The notes: a model not told the origin generated them from the sequence alone. A stretch of 64,000 nt of DNA from an uncultured Methanosarcinaceae archaeon (GCA_963727895.1 CAVSHT010000012.1:256001-320000); one strand, 5' to 3'. Shown: positions 44,671 to 56,441, counted from the first letter of the stretch. Numbers and translations: made by a program.

Positions 44671-44833
44671 TAATTCGTCAACAAATCCAATATATATTCG
44701 TTTCAGGGTAGGTTCATTATCAAAAATACATTGAGTGCTTTGCAAAAATCTATACAAAAAAATGTGAAGGTGAGGCTTTATTCTCCTTTCACTCCATTTT
44801 TTATTAATGTTGTTTATTAATAACCATCGATAA

Positions 44834-44896
44834 ATTGCTTTTGATATATTGCTTTTGATATATTGCTTTTGATATACTGTTTTAATATATTGTTTT
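44834..44896. repeat. 14-bp tandem repeat ATTGCTTTTGATAT x3 plus degenerate copies
   Basis: Directly visible, between convergent genes. Confidence 0.85.
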
Positions 44897-45046
44897 TTCA
44901 TTTAAACTATAATTTTAGTTATAAGTAATTTTTATTCCCATCCCAGCACAAGATTTGGAAATTCAGTTGGTTCTGGGATGAGTTCATAGATTTCTTAATC
45001 TGGCTATTACATTGAGTTCATCCATATATTAGGATTTACTATTGCT

Positions 45047-45448
45047 TTACCAATTTGATGATTTACCTCTACATTCCTTAATGACATCAGAAAAGTTTGT
45101 GTATTCTCTGTCTGAACAAGATTCCAGAGTTTTGATCACTTCATCATGGGCATGAAGTTTTTTAGCTTCCTGTATAAGTTGATTCTTTGTTGCAGGGAAC
45201 TTCACATCTCTGAAAGCCTGCATAACGTTTTGAATACCTTGAAATTCCTGAAGCACATCTGAAGCGCTGTGATATTCCTTGTCTGGAATGTTTTCAATAG
45301 CTTGCAATACCTCGCTACGGGCATTAAGACTTTTTGCTTTATCAATAAGTTGTATCTTAGTTACAGGATATTTCATCTCTTTGAAAGCTTGTACAGCTTT
45401 CTGAATAGCATTCTGTACTTCAGTAGCACTTGCCTGACTTGCCTGCAT
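45047..45448 (-). CDS. Tandem DUF2795-domain protein
   Basis: Two repeats of (Y/F)PxTKxQLI..AK...A..EV...E...D(K/R)EY....DV. Confidence 0.82.
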   Translation of the reverse strand: MQASQASATEVQNAIQKAVQAFKEMKYPVTKIQLIDKAKSLNARSEVLQAIENIPDKEYHSASDVLQEFQGIQNVMQAFRDVKFPATKNQLIQEAKKLHAHDEVIKTLESCSDREYTNFSDVIKECRGKSSNW

Positions 45449-45792
45449 TTTATTTTTTCCCCCATATTTTGGTTTTATTTTCTTTGGAATTTGTCTTCTT
45501 CCAAAATTTGGATTAACCTATTAACCTGATACAATTTGCATCCATTTGGTTCTTAGTCATTTTATGCCAATGAAAAGCGATTTCAAATTGTATCACAAGT
45601 AAATTGTATTTCTCTAATATAATATCTAAAGAAATATAATTAAGAAACCGATATTAATTAGACACTGATGTTATTCTGTCAAATATTAGCATCTATCCAT
45701 CAAAAATAGTATTTTTCCTAGGGTCTTCTCTTTTTCAGAGTCATTTATAAAAACAGAATGAACTTAGGGAATTGAATAATATATTAAAATAT

Positions 45793-46567
45793 GGCATTGG
45801 TACCCAAAAATATATACATATGCTTATAACATATATTTCTTCATGAACTGCCCAAAATGTAATAGTTCTAGTCACAAAAAGAATGGTATAGTTGGTGGTC
45901 ATCAACGCTACAAATGCTCTGATTGTGGATATAACTACACAGTAGAGCTAAAATCAACTGCTTTTTCCGCTTCTGTAAAAAGACAGGCTTTACAACTCTA
46001 TCTTGAAGGATTGGGCTTTCGCTCAATAGGAAGAGTTTTAGGGGTAAGTCATGTTTCTGTCCAAAAATGGATACAGAAATTTGGTCAGGAGTTGGAGGCT
46101 CTAAAAAGCGAAAATGAGATATCTATTGTTGAAATGGATGAGATGCACACTTACATCGGTAACAAAAAAAATATTGCTGGATCTGGATTGCTGTTGATAG
46201 AGTTGGGAAAAAGTTCATCAACTGCTCTTTTGGTAGCAGAGGAACATAAACTGGAAAACTACTCTGGGAAAAATTGAAGAAAAAAGAGATTGGAGAAGTG
46301 ATGACCGATCACTGGAGAGCATATGCAGAGTTTCTTCCAGAAAAGATCCATACTCAATCAAAAGCAGAAACGTATACTGTTGAAGGATATAACAGCATAT
46401 TGAGGCACTTTCTGGCAAGGTTGAGAAGAAAGACAAAGTGTTATACGAAGAGTCTTGAAATGCTAAAGTACTCGGTTATTCTATTGATGAAATACATAAA
46501 TAAATAACTAGATATAGTTAAGTAACAATGCCAAATAAAGAATTAGATATATTTAAGTAACAATACC
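45793..46567 (+). mobile_element. IS1-family element, copy 4, with a doubled right end
   Basis: Left end GGCATTGGTACCC, right ends at 46532 and again at 46567, intact InsA, A8 slippery site, in-frame TAA in InsB. Confidence 0.9.
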
Positions 46568-46685
46568 TGAAATACGAGAATTACTTGATAATAACGGAAT
46601 AAAGATCAAGGATATTTCTCACTTAAAAGGAGGGGAACTACTCCGTAGAGAACTGCGGGTAGAATAAATTATATAATCTTTGCTT

Positions 46686-46818
46686 GAGCGAATCCCAAAA
46701 ATAGTTTTCTTCATAAACTAGTAAAAATTTCAGAACTCTGATCTCCATGATCGGAAATTCGATTGATAGTTCAAAATTCAAAATTTTGAGAGCCAATTTT
46801 AAGTTTTGGGATGAGCTT
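46686..46818. mobile_element. MITE-like element, about 133 bp
   Basis: TIRs GAGCGAATCCCAAAA / TTTTGGGATGAGCTT. Interior aligns by eye, inverted, to 48746-48873. Confidence 0.65.
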
Positions 46819-47293
46819 AATCTCCAAGCTTTTTAAGCATCTTATAATATTTCAGGCTTTGTCCATTTTTCACTGGAATTTTGTCTTCTGCTATTGTTTC
46901 ATAACCAAGAGCTTTGTAGAAAGAGTATGCTACAAGCGAAGAATCCAGATCCATTATTTTTACTCCTTTTTCCAAGGCTTTTTCTTCAAGTTTGTACATA
47001 ATTCTCTTCCCAAACCCCATGTTTTGATATGCCGGCTTTACAAAGACTCTTCTGACGTTTGAACCAAGAAGAGTGCCTGTCCCTATGAATTCTTCTTCGG
47101 TAACGAGAATAAGACAATGCCCTTTCAATATATCATTAACTACATTTTTCTGATTATGATATTCTATGAAGTAATCAATTGCCTCTTGAGGGTAAATACC
47201 AAAATAGCAGGTATCAATTGTCTCAGTTACCAATTCTCTCAAAGAGTTTGCATCTTGAGGTTCAGCTGTTCTCATTATTATTTCTTTGGTCAT
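46817..47293 (-). CDS. GNAT-family N-acetyltransferase
   Basis: VFVKPAYQNMGFGK acetyl-CoA motif, FYKALGY. Confidence 0.9.
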   Translation of the reverse strand: MTKEIIMRTAEPQDANSLRELVTETIDTCYFGIYPQEAIDYFIEYHNQKNVVNDILKGHCLILVTEEEFIGTGTLLGSNVRRVFVKPAYQNMGFGKRIMYKLEEKALEKGVKIMDLDSSLVAYSFYKALGYETIAEDKIPVKNGQSLKYYKMLKKLGD

Positions 47294-47622
47294 TTATTCC
47301 CATCTGGTTCTTAAATTTGAAAATGTTTTCTAATTGTTTTTAAAGAACTTAAATTTTTTTAATTGAACAATTTTTGAGCAATTTTTTGAATTTTTCATAG
47401 TCTAATATTTGTATTATGTGAAAAGTTCAGAGTATTCAAATTTCTTATTTGCGTATAGCTCATTCAGCCGAACTTAATCTATTTTTACTGTTTATCTGTT
47501 ACATGTTTTCTCTTTTATTTATATAACATTAAGTATATATTCATACGTGTTAGGATTAAAACCATTTCAAACTGTTGTCTGATCTGTATTTGTGGATTCT
47601 AAAAAACAACTTTTTATCTATT

Positions 47623-48481
47623 ATGCCACCAGAAATCACACCTATTATTGAAGAACCTGCTCTGATAGTAACCAATACTGAAACTTCATTGATAGTTGCC
47701 GACATCCACCTTGGAATCGAGTGGGATCTCGTATAGGAGTGGAATCAACTTGCCCAGCCAGATGGAAAGACGGCTGGACAGACTTATGGGCTACATCCAG
47801 GCAAATTCCCCTGATAGAGTAATACTTCTTGGGGATGTGAAGCATAATGTTCCTCAGGTTTCCTGGCAAGAGAAAGATGAAATTCCTCGCTTCCTTGAAA
47901 CACTTGCAGAATGTACTCATGTGGATATTTTTCCCGGAAACCATGATGGAGGAATCGAACTTATTTTCAACAGGCAAAAAGATATCACTGTGCATTCCAT
48001 GCGTGGCGAGATTGTTGATGGAGTTGGATATTTTCATGGACATACATGGCCTGCACCTGAAATACTAACCGCATCTCATGTAGTTACTGCTCATAACCAC
48101 CCCACTGTGCGTTTTACAGATGCATTTGGCTACTCAATTGTTGAGCCTGCCTGGATCAAAACAAAGTTCAATTTAGATGTTTTAAAGACTCATTTTGGGA
48201 ACTTTGATATTGAGAATTCTGTACAATGGACAGATCCTGAACTTTTCGTAATGCCAGCTTTTAATGAACTATGTGGAGGCGTGCCTTTTAACGAATCCAC
48301 ACAAGAAGATCTTCTTGGTCCTACTTTTTCCTCTGGAGGAATTGAACTCGATCGTGCAGAAATCTATTTGCTTGACGGAACAAGGCTAGGACTAATAAAA
48401 GATATCCGTAAATTGAAGCATACAAAAGTTAAAAACAAAACATGGGGAAAGAGGAAACGTAATTCCACAGGCTCTACATGA
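47623..48481 (+). CDS. Metallophosphoesterase (COG1407-like), frameshift near 47730
   Basis: ADIHLG (from ATG 47623), LGDVKH, GNHD, HGH, HNHP, MPAFN. Confidence 0.88.
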
Positions 48482-48745
48482 GAAGATTATACCCAAATAT
48501 TTTTAAGATTTAATGTAGATAACTGATATAAATATTTGGATAATTTAGTGAGATTATAGTATCTTTGATAGAATCAAAGAATTAATCAAAGGATTTCGAA
48601 AATATTAATATTATTATATATGTATATAATATAAAAATCGTTATACGAATTTATTTTCTATTTTCCCAAGAAATGATTTAATATTCTCTGCTCAAAACAC
48701 CGAAGTTTGTAGAGTTACTCAGTATTTAAGCAATAATTAATCAAG

Positions 48746-48873
48746 GAGTCTGTCCTAAAACTCAAAATTTGCTTCTCAGACATTCAATTTCATATATTCA
48801 ACCAAGCTCATGATTGTGAAAACAGTTCCGAAAATTCACCACAATTAAATAAAATGGCTTTTGGGATAGGCTT
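48746..48873. mobile_element. MITE-like element, about 128 bp
   Basis: GAGTCTGTCCTAAAACTC ... TTTTGGGATAGGCTT. Confidence 0.6.
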
Positions 48874-48928
48874 AAGGACAATTATAATTGCGGGATTTAA
48901 AATTATCATTTATACCAGGAAGGGTGAA

Positions 48929-51900
48929 ATGACAGAACAAATGAGAAATTCTGATAGTGATATTATTATTGGAAATGTTCCCTGAGGAACACGTTTCTGC
49001 CATTTTTATCAGACAAAAGAAGATTTGACGGATATACTTGTTCCTTATTTCAAAGCAGGACTGGAAAATAATGAATTTTGCCTCTGGATTACATCACAAC
49101 CTCTTGAAGTAGGAGAGGCAATAGAATCTTTGAGAAGAATATTCCTGAGATTGATATATATCTTGAGAAAAAACAAATCGAAATCGTCCCTTCTACCTAT
49201 TGGTATTTAAAAGCAGGAGTTTTCGATTCGGAGATAGTTTTCAACAAATGGATTTTTAAATTCGGTCAAACTCTAGAAAGTGGCTATAAAGGGCTCAGGG
49301 CTGCAATAAACACTTCTTGGTTGGAAAAGGAAAATTGGGATGATTTTATTGCTTTGGATAAAAAAATTGAAACAAATCTTGGAAAACAACAGATAATCTC
49401 TCTATGCTCATATTTTCTTGACATGTGCAGTGGAACACATATTATTGACTTAACTTTCAACTATCAATATTCTTTGGTCAAAAGGAAAGGAAAGTGGGAA
49501 AAGATTAAAAATTTCGGTTGGAAAAATACATATGAATGCAAGAAGATCGAGGATGCGTTGAATCAGAATGAGCAACATATTAAGCAGAAATTGGGGAATA
49601 TTCTTTCGTCAGATAAGGAAATAGCTAATGTGGAGATTACCGATATAATTGACACACATATGCTTCAGTCCTTAATGGATGATTTCTACAATATTGTTCA
49701 TGTCTCAATTGGCCTAAATGATCTCAAAGGCAATGTTCTGGTAGGTGTTGGGTGGCAGGATATTTGTACTAAATTCCACAGAGTTAATCCAGAAACCTGT
49801 AAGCACTGTGTAGAAAGTAATATAAAGTTATCTACAGGTGTTTCTCCAGGAGAGTTTAAGCTATACAGATGCAAAAACAATATGTTGGACATAGTGACTC
49901 CTATCATGATTGGAGACCAGCATGTTGGTTACGTCTTTGTAGGACAGTTTTTTTTTGAAGATGATCCTCCAAATTATGAATTTTTCCGAGCTCAGGCCAG
50001 AAAATATGGTTTCAATGAAGAAGAATATATAGCAGCGCTTAAAAAAGTTCCACAGATAAGTAGAGAGACCGTGAATGCGATCATGGCTTTCTCCACAAAG
50101 CTTGCTAGCATTATCTCGCAGCTAGGCTACAGCAATCTCAAGTTGTCCAAATCACTAGCAGAACGTGAAACTTTCATGGATGCGTTGCTGGAAAGTGAGG
50201 AAAGGTTCGGGTCTGTTCTTGAAAATTCACTTGATATGGCTTACAGGCAAAATCTTCAGACCAACATATATGATTACATGAGTCCAGTGGTAGAGAAGAT
50301 TACTGGTTTTTCTTCTCAGAAAATGAGTTCGATGAGTCTCAATGAGATTCTTGATCGTGTTCATCCCAACGACCGTTTTTGGTTACTTCGGGACTGGAAA
50401 AAGCATTAAACACTGATTTTGGAACACTGGAATACAGGTTCAAACACAAGGATGGAAAATATCGCTGGTTTGCCGATCAGTTTCACGGTGAAGAAAGATT
50501 GGAATGGCAAGCCCACTTTTCAGCGGAGGTATCGTCCGTGACATCACAAAGGGCAAAAAAGTAGAAGAAGCCCTAAAAAAAGCACATGACGGTTTAGATA
50601 GAAAAAGTTAAAGAACGTACATCTGAACTTGAAGAAGCTTACAACTCTTTGAAAGAAAGTGAAAAACGTCTCTCTGAAGCTCAAAAAATAGGTCATATTG
50701 GAAATTGGGATTGGGATCTTGTAACCGGTGAAACATACTGGTCTGATGAAATGTATCAAATTTTTGGACGTAATCCTAATGAATCAGGTGCAACTTACGA
50801 TGAACTTTTAAATAGCATACATCCTGAAGATCGAGAGTCTGTGGATCATGATATCAAGAAAGCTTTAAATGAAAAGCCCCTTGGCATTGATTATAGGATT
50901 ATCCTGCCTAATGGAGAAGAACGCATAGTCCATGCGCAGAGCGAAGTCATTTTTGATGAGAACGATATTCCGATTCGAGTAAAGGGAATAGTTCAGGATA
51001 TTACTGAACGTAAGAAGGCAGAAGAGAAAATTCAGACACTGGCGAATGCTGTGGAATCTTCAAATGATGCTATTATAACTGTGTCTCTTGACGGTATTAT
51101 TACCAGCTGGAATAAGGCGGCAGAGCAGATTTATGGCTATTCGGCCGAAGAAGTTCTGGGAAAAGACGTATCAATACTTGGACCAGATAATATCAACGGG
51201 GAAATTAAGCAATTTTCTGAAAAGATAAAACAGGGAAAAAAGATCCAGCACTACGAGAGTATACGGTAAAAAAGGATGGCAGTATTATAAATATTTCAGT
51301 AACTCTTTCTCCTATTTTTGACGTCACTGGAAAGCTTGTAGCTATCTCAGGTATTGTAAGAGACATTACTGACCGTATTAAGTCTGAAGAGGCGTTCGTG
51401 AGAGCGAGTCGCGTCTGCGCCGGTTTTATGAATCAGACATGATTGGAGTGTGTTTCTACAATCTGAACGGTTCGATAACGGACGCTAACGATAAGTTCCT
51501 GGAGATAGTCGGTTACGCTCGCGGGGACTTGCAGGCTGGAAGGGTTAAATGGAATAAGATGACTCCACCGGAATACCGTCAATTGGATGAACGTGCCATG
51601 GCGGAACTGAAATCAATAGGCTTAAACACGCCTTACGAAAAAGAGTACACACTTAAAGATGGCTCACACGTCCCAGTTATTTTCGGAGTAGCTACCTTCG
51701 ATAAGGTACTCAATGAAGGCATAGCTTTTGTCCTTGACATTACCGAGAAGAAAAAGGCAGAAGAAGCTCTGGAAGACTCTCGAAATTGCCCGTAAAAAGG
51801 AAATCCATCACAGAATTAAGAATAACCTGCAGGTTATATCTTCTCTTCTGGATCTTCAGGCCAATAAGTTCGATAATTTGAAAGTTATTGAGGCTTTCAG

Positions 51901-52421
51901 GGAAAGCCAGAATCGAGTTAGTTTCTATGGCTTTCATCCACGAAGAACTTTATAAGGGGGAATGAACCGATACACTAAACTTTTCCGAATATCTTGAAAA
52001 ACTAATTAACAATCTTTTCCAGACTTACAGCCTTAGTAGTAAAAATCTCCATTTGTACATGGACCTGGAAGAAAATTCGTTCTTTAATATGGATACTGCT
52101 GTCCCGTTAGGAATAATTGTCAATGAACTGGTTTCCAATTCCCTCAAACATGCATTTACTGAAGATCGAAGAAGGAGAAATCCGAATTAAACTTTGCAGG
52201 GAAAAAATTAATGATGAAAAAAGTAAATCTCTTTTCAGCCTGACAATTTCAGATAATGGAAAAGGAATTCCTGAAAATTTAGAATTAGGAAATCACTGAA
52301 TCACTTGGTCTGCAGTTAGTTAATATTCTTGTTGACCAGCTAGATGGTCAAATTGAACTTAAACGGGAACATGGAACTGAATTTAAAATCACTTTTAATG
52401 TCGTGGAAAGGCCAATCATAA
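48929..52421 (+). pseudogene. MEDS-PocR-multi-PAS histidine kinase (HisKA_2 type), fragmented
   Basis: MEDS start (NVP*GTRFCHFYQTKEDL, TGG to TGA), PocR (WQDICTKFHR), several PAS domains, [31 protein letters not shown]. Many frameshifts. Confidence 0.82.
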
Positions 52422-52481
52422 ATTGATAGACATAATTGATAGACATAATTGATAGACATAATTGATAGACATAATTGATAG
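52421..52481. repeat. 13-bp tandem repeat AATTGATAGACAT x4.7, followed by CAGATATTTTGCAGTT x2 (52485-52516)
   Basis: Directly visible just after the kinase stop codon. Confidence 0.9.
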
Positions 52482-52979
52482 GCACAGATATTTTGCAGTT
52501 CAGATATTTTGCAGTTAATACTATGAAAATTTTGCAACAAACTCATAAAAGCATTTTTTAGAGAATAATACAGATTTTTCTAATAGTTTTATGAATATAT
52601 GGGTTCGTTTTCTCAATGTTTATATAATATGCGTGGGTGTATGGAAAAATAAAATGTAAGGACTCAGGCTAATAGATAGGCATATCATTCTTAATAATTG
52701 GACTTATAATTTTCAGCCGTAGAAGTGAATAAAAATTCACATATCTAAGAATTCACATCTCCTCGTGAGACCTTATAAGATTCTTTTCTTTTGTAGGCAC
52801 TTGAGATGATTTATTGATGGCTGATTCATTGATCATTTATTTGTCCAGAGTTAAACTTATTAACTGATTTATGTGATTACTGAATGATTTATTAATTTAT
52901 TATCGGTTTACTGATTAATCACTGATCTATTAACTAGTCTATTTATTTTGTATTCACTTTAAGAGGATGTACTGATCCA

Positions 52980-54527
52980 ATGAGTATGGAAATTAATAAT
53001 GAAAAAATGTCAGAAAACCCTGTAATATCTGACAATGAATCTGATAATGATAATATTTTAGATAGCAGAGTTTTTGATGATTCTAAACTCGTAAAACTAA
53101 ACGGTATCAGGGACAATGGACTTAATCCATATCCCTATAAATTTGAGAAGAATGGGGATATCTGTGAAATTCAGAAAAAGTTCGAAGACTTTGAAAATAA
53201 TGAAGGTTTAACGGTAAAAACCGCAGGAAGGCTTTACAATATTCGTAAGCTTGGAAAAATGGTATTTGCCGATCTTGGAGATCAGGGGAGTAGAATTCAG
53301 ATTACTTTAAGGAAAGGAAATCTTCCTGATGAAGATTTTAAGACTTTTAAAACTCTGGTTGATTCGGGTGATATCATAGGCGTTCAGGGTCAACTTTTCC
53401 GGACAAAAAGAGGTGAAAACTCTATCAGTGTGTCTGAATTCTCCCTGCTTTCAAAATCCCTCTGCGCCCTCCCAGAAAAATTCCATGGTTTAAAAGATAT
53501 TGAAACAAGATACAGAAAAAGGTATCTTGATCTTATAGTAAATGCTGACAAACGAGAAATTTTCGTCATGAGGAGCAAACTCATTTCCTCGATCAGACGA
53601 TACCTTTCAGACAGAGAATTTCTGGAGTTTGAAACTCCAATACTCCAGAATATTTACGGAGGCGCAAATGCAAGACCTTTCACTACTTTCCATAACTGTC
53701 TGGGGCAGAAACTATTCCTGAGGATTGCTCCGGAACTTTATCTTAAAAGGCTTGTTATTGGCGGATATGAGAAAGTTTTTGAGATTGCAAAGAATTTCAG
53801 AAATGAAGATATAGACACGACCCATAATCCTGAGTTCACCACGATTGAAGTATATGAAGCTTATAGAGATTACAATGACATGATGGATTTAACTGAAAAC
53901 CTCATATCGGAACTCGCGCTCAAGCTGACTGGCGACTGCGAAATCAAAATGGGAGAAAACACACTCAATCTCCGCACTCCCTGGAAGAGAATTTCCATGG
54001 AAGATGCCGTAAAAAAGTATGCTGATCTCGATGTTTTTGCACATTCACTTGAAGAATTAAAGCAAATTGCAATCGAAAACAGGATTGAAGATTACGAAAA
54101 GGCAAAAACTCATAGAGAGTTCCTTGCTCTTCTCTTTGAGGGCCTGGTAGAAGACAAGCTCATAGACCCAACTTTCATCTACGATTTTCCTGTAGAAAAC
54201 TCCCCACTTGCTAAAAACCATAGGTCAAAAGAAGGGTTTGTCGAGAGATTCGAACTCTTCATTAACGGCTGGGAACTGGCAAATGGCTTTTCTGAATTGA
54301 ATGATCCGCTTGAGCAGGAAAAAAGATTCGAAGATCAGGATAAAAAAAGAAAACTTGGAGATCTTGAAGCCCAAACCATCGATTATGATTTCGTAAATGC
54401 CCTCGGATATGGAATGCCACCTACTGGCGGCGTAGGGCTTGGTATCGATAGACTTACCATGGTCCTTGGGGGTCTGGAGTCTATCAAAGAAGTAATTCTG
54501 TTCCCACAGATGAAAAGAGAAGATTAA
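52980..54527 (+). CDS. lysS: Class II lysyl-tRNA synthetase
   Basis: OB-fold N-terminus, YGGANARPF, LRIAPELYLK, FRNE, RFELF, YGMPPTGG. Confidence 0.97.
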   Translation: MSMEINNEKMSENPVISDNESDNDNILDSRVFDDSKLVKLNGIRDNGLNPYPYKFEKNGDICEIQKKFEDFENNEGLTVKTAGRLYNIRKLGKMVFADLGDQGSRIQITLRKGNLPDEDFKTFKTLVDSGDIIGVQGQLFRTKRGENSISVSEFSLLSKSLCALPEKFHGLKDIETRYRKRYLDLIVNADKREIFVMRSKLISSIRRYLSDREFLEFETPILQNIYGGANARPFTTFHNCLGQKLFLRIAPELYLKRLVIGGYEKVFEIAKNFRNEDIDTTHNPEFTTIEVYEAYRDYNDMMDLTENLISELALKLTGDCEIKMGENTLNLRTPWKRISMEDAVKKYADLDVFAHSLEELKQIAIENRIEDYEKAKTHREFLALLFEGLVEDKLIDPTFIYDFPVENSPLAKNHRSKEGFVERFELFINGWELANGFSELNDPLEQEKRFEDQDKKRKLGDLEAQTIDYDFVNALGYGMPPTGGVGLGIDRLTMVLGGLESIKEVILFPQMKRED

Positions 54528-55668
54528 ATTCAGATTAAACCTGGATTGAGGTTATCCTTGGGAACTTGTTCCTTTTTATAACTCAATCTAATCTTTTTGC
54601 TATTCTTTTTTGTTATTAGTCTCAGTTTTTTGAAATCCTTATACTGACAATTTTTGAAAGAAGAAATATGAAAAAGGACACTAATTAACCACTTTTGCTA
54701 AAAACATCCACACTTATACTAAAGAAATATTGATACAGGCCATGCTGTGTACCTGAACATACAGTATGAACCTGTATAAGTATATCACTCAAAATGGTAA
54801 CTGACTAGTAAACATCTGACATCTATTTCATTTGCGAATTTTCCAAATTATAGTTTTAGACTTTTCTTTTTTTAACATCTGTATATTAGTCTAAACCTGA
54901 TTATTTGTATCAATATCGTGATTTTTGTATAACTTATAGAGTAAAACATTATAAGTCCCTCCAGTTATTTAATTTTGAAACATTCTTTATAAATCAACTC
55001 GATAGTTATCTGCCAATTTCAGTTTATAATTTACTTTTGATAGATATGCCTTCTTCAAACCCCCTAGAGATCCCTTTCTATATTTGTACTCCCAGGTCAC
55101 ATCCCCATAGATTTATCTTTGGAACTGCAGGTAAGTATAAACAATCTTGAAGATTTCCAGTTAAAAGAATTAAGGATTTAAAAGACCTTAAATCAAATAG
55201 CTGGATAATTCTATCTCTACAGGATGTTATAGTAGATAGCTCTTGACAAATTAAAATTAAAAATTCCAATTTTAATTCATAGGGGAGCATCAATTATAAA
55301 ATAAAATATGAATTTACATATAATGTAAAGAACGAAAACTACTTACAAATAATAGTCTTTTAGTATTTAGAGACAGATTCTTTTGATAAAATATTTCGCT
55401 GCAATAATCATAGAAGATGTTTAAACATCTTGTTTTTTAAATTTTCATTATAGCATTTTAAAAGGAAAATATCCATTAAGGAAACCTATAAATTTAAAAA
55501 AATAATATACTGTTTTCAGTTTGGATTTTATAAAATCAATTTTAAATTTTACTCTGTTTCGTAGATTTTATTTAAGAAAGTAGATTCCAGATAGCGAAAG
55601 TCTTCAAAAGACTAAATATTAGACAAATAAAAAAAGAGTAAAAAAGTGGAAGTATTATATTTATTTTG

Positions 55669-55701
55669 TAAAGAAAAAGTTGCCCGAAAGGCAGGCAACT
55701 T
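55669..55701 (-). terminator. Hairpin plus U-tract terminator closing the peptide array
   Basis: Minus strand AAGTTGCCTGCCTTTCGGGCAACTT followed by TTTCTTT, 40 nt after the last peptide stop. Confidence 0.75.
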
Positions 55702-55741
55702 CATACATTATTGTGATCTTTAACTCAATGTTACTGTTTAA

Positions 55742-55828
55742 TTAGCAGCAGCAGTCCTGATAACAGAATTTGAAGACTTCAGCTGAATATTGGTAACAGA
55801 CATTGGAATAGAAAATACTGTACATCAT
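55742..55828 (-). CDS. Cys/Tyr-rich peptide, 28 aa, MMYSIFYSNVCYQYSAEVFKFCYQDCCC
   Basis: Hand-translated. GGGGGA RBS 8 nt upstream, member of the array. Confidence 0.85.
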   Translation of the reverse strand: MMYSIFYSNVCYQYSAEVFKFCYQDCCC

Positions 55829-55942
55829 GAGATTATTCCCCCAGAGTTTATAGAGTTTGCTTATTTTAGTTTACATAGATGTTCTGTAAAGGGATCATAC
55901 ATTATGATCACCCACTACAGAAACACGTTAATCACAGATTAA

Positions 55943-56041
55943 TTAGAAAGGCCAGCAGCAGCCACAATCCTGGTAACAGAGCTGGAATATTTCAGCTGCA
56001 TAGGTGTAGCAGACATTGGAATAGAAAATACTGTACATCAT
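55943..56041 (-). CDS. Cys/Tyr-rich peptide variant, 32 aa, MMYSIFYSNVCYTYAAEIFQLCYQDCGCCWPF
   Basis: GGGGGA RBS. Frame preserved, with synonymous and conservative changes relative to the other copies. Confidence 0.85.
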   Translation of the reverse strand: MMYSIFYSNVCYTYAAEIFQLCYQDCGCCWPF

Positions 56042-56154
56042 GAGATCATTTCCCCCAGAGTTTATAGAATTTGTTTAGTTTTCGTTACATAGATGTCCGT
56101 AGAGGGATCAGATATTATGATCACCCCTACAGAAACACGTTAATCACAGATTAA

Positions 56155-56241
56155 TTAGCAGCAGCAGTCCTGATAACAGAATTTGAAGACTTCAGCTGAA
56201 TATTGGTAACAGACATTGGAATAGAAAATACTGTACATCAT
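56155..56241 (-). CDS. Cys/Tyr-rich peptide, 28 aa, identical to 55742-55828
   Basis: Same sequence and RBS. Confidence 0.85.
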   Translation of the reverse strand: MMYSIFYSNVCYQYSAEVFKFCYQDCCC

Positions 56242-56354
56242 GAGATTATTCCCCCAGAGTTTATAGAGTTGTTTATTTTAGTTTACATAGATGTTCTGTA
56301 AAGGGATCATACATTATGATCACCCACTACAGAAACACGTTAATCACAGATTAA

Positions 56355-56441
56355 TTAGCAGCAGCAGTCCTGATAACAGAATTTGAAGACTTCAGCTGAA
56401 TATTGGTAACAGACTTTTGAATAGAAAATGCTGTACATCAT
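56355..56441 (-). CDS. Cys/Tyr-rich peptide, 28 aa, MMYSIFYSKVCYQYSAEVFKFCYQDCCC
   Basis: GGGGGA RBS. Two silent changes (AGC/AGT, TCA/TCC) and N9K. Confidence 0.85.
   Translation of the reverse strand: MMYSIFYSKVCYQYSAEVFKFCYQDCCC

Noticed and set aside
44632..44901. ORF MKKQYIKTVYQKQYIK...
   Set aside because: Its repetitive start comes from the 14-bp tandem repeat, and it overlaps the thioredoxin-PKD gene.
52421..52516. 13-bp and 16-bp tandem repeats as mini-CRISPR or iterons
   Set aside because: Head-to-tail copies without spacers, directly after a stop codon. Slippage minisatellite is the simpler explanation.
54600..55650. Possible maturase or immunity gene downstream of the peptide array
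   Set aside because: Only short ORFs (54905-55150, 55078-55293) without motifs, located beyond the array terminator. A decayed gene cannot be excluded without a translated search.
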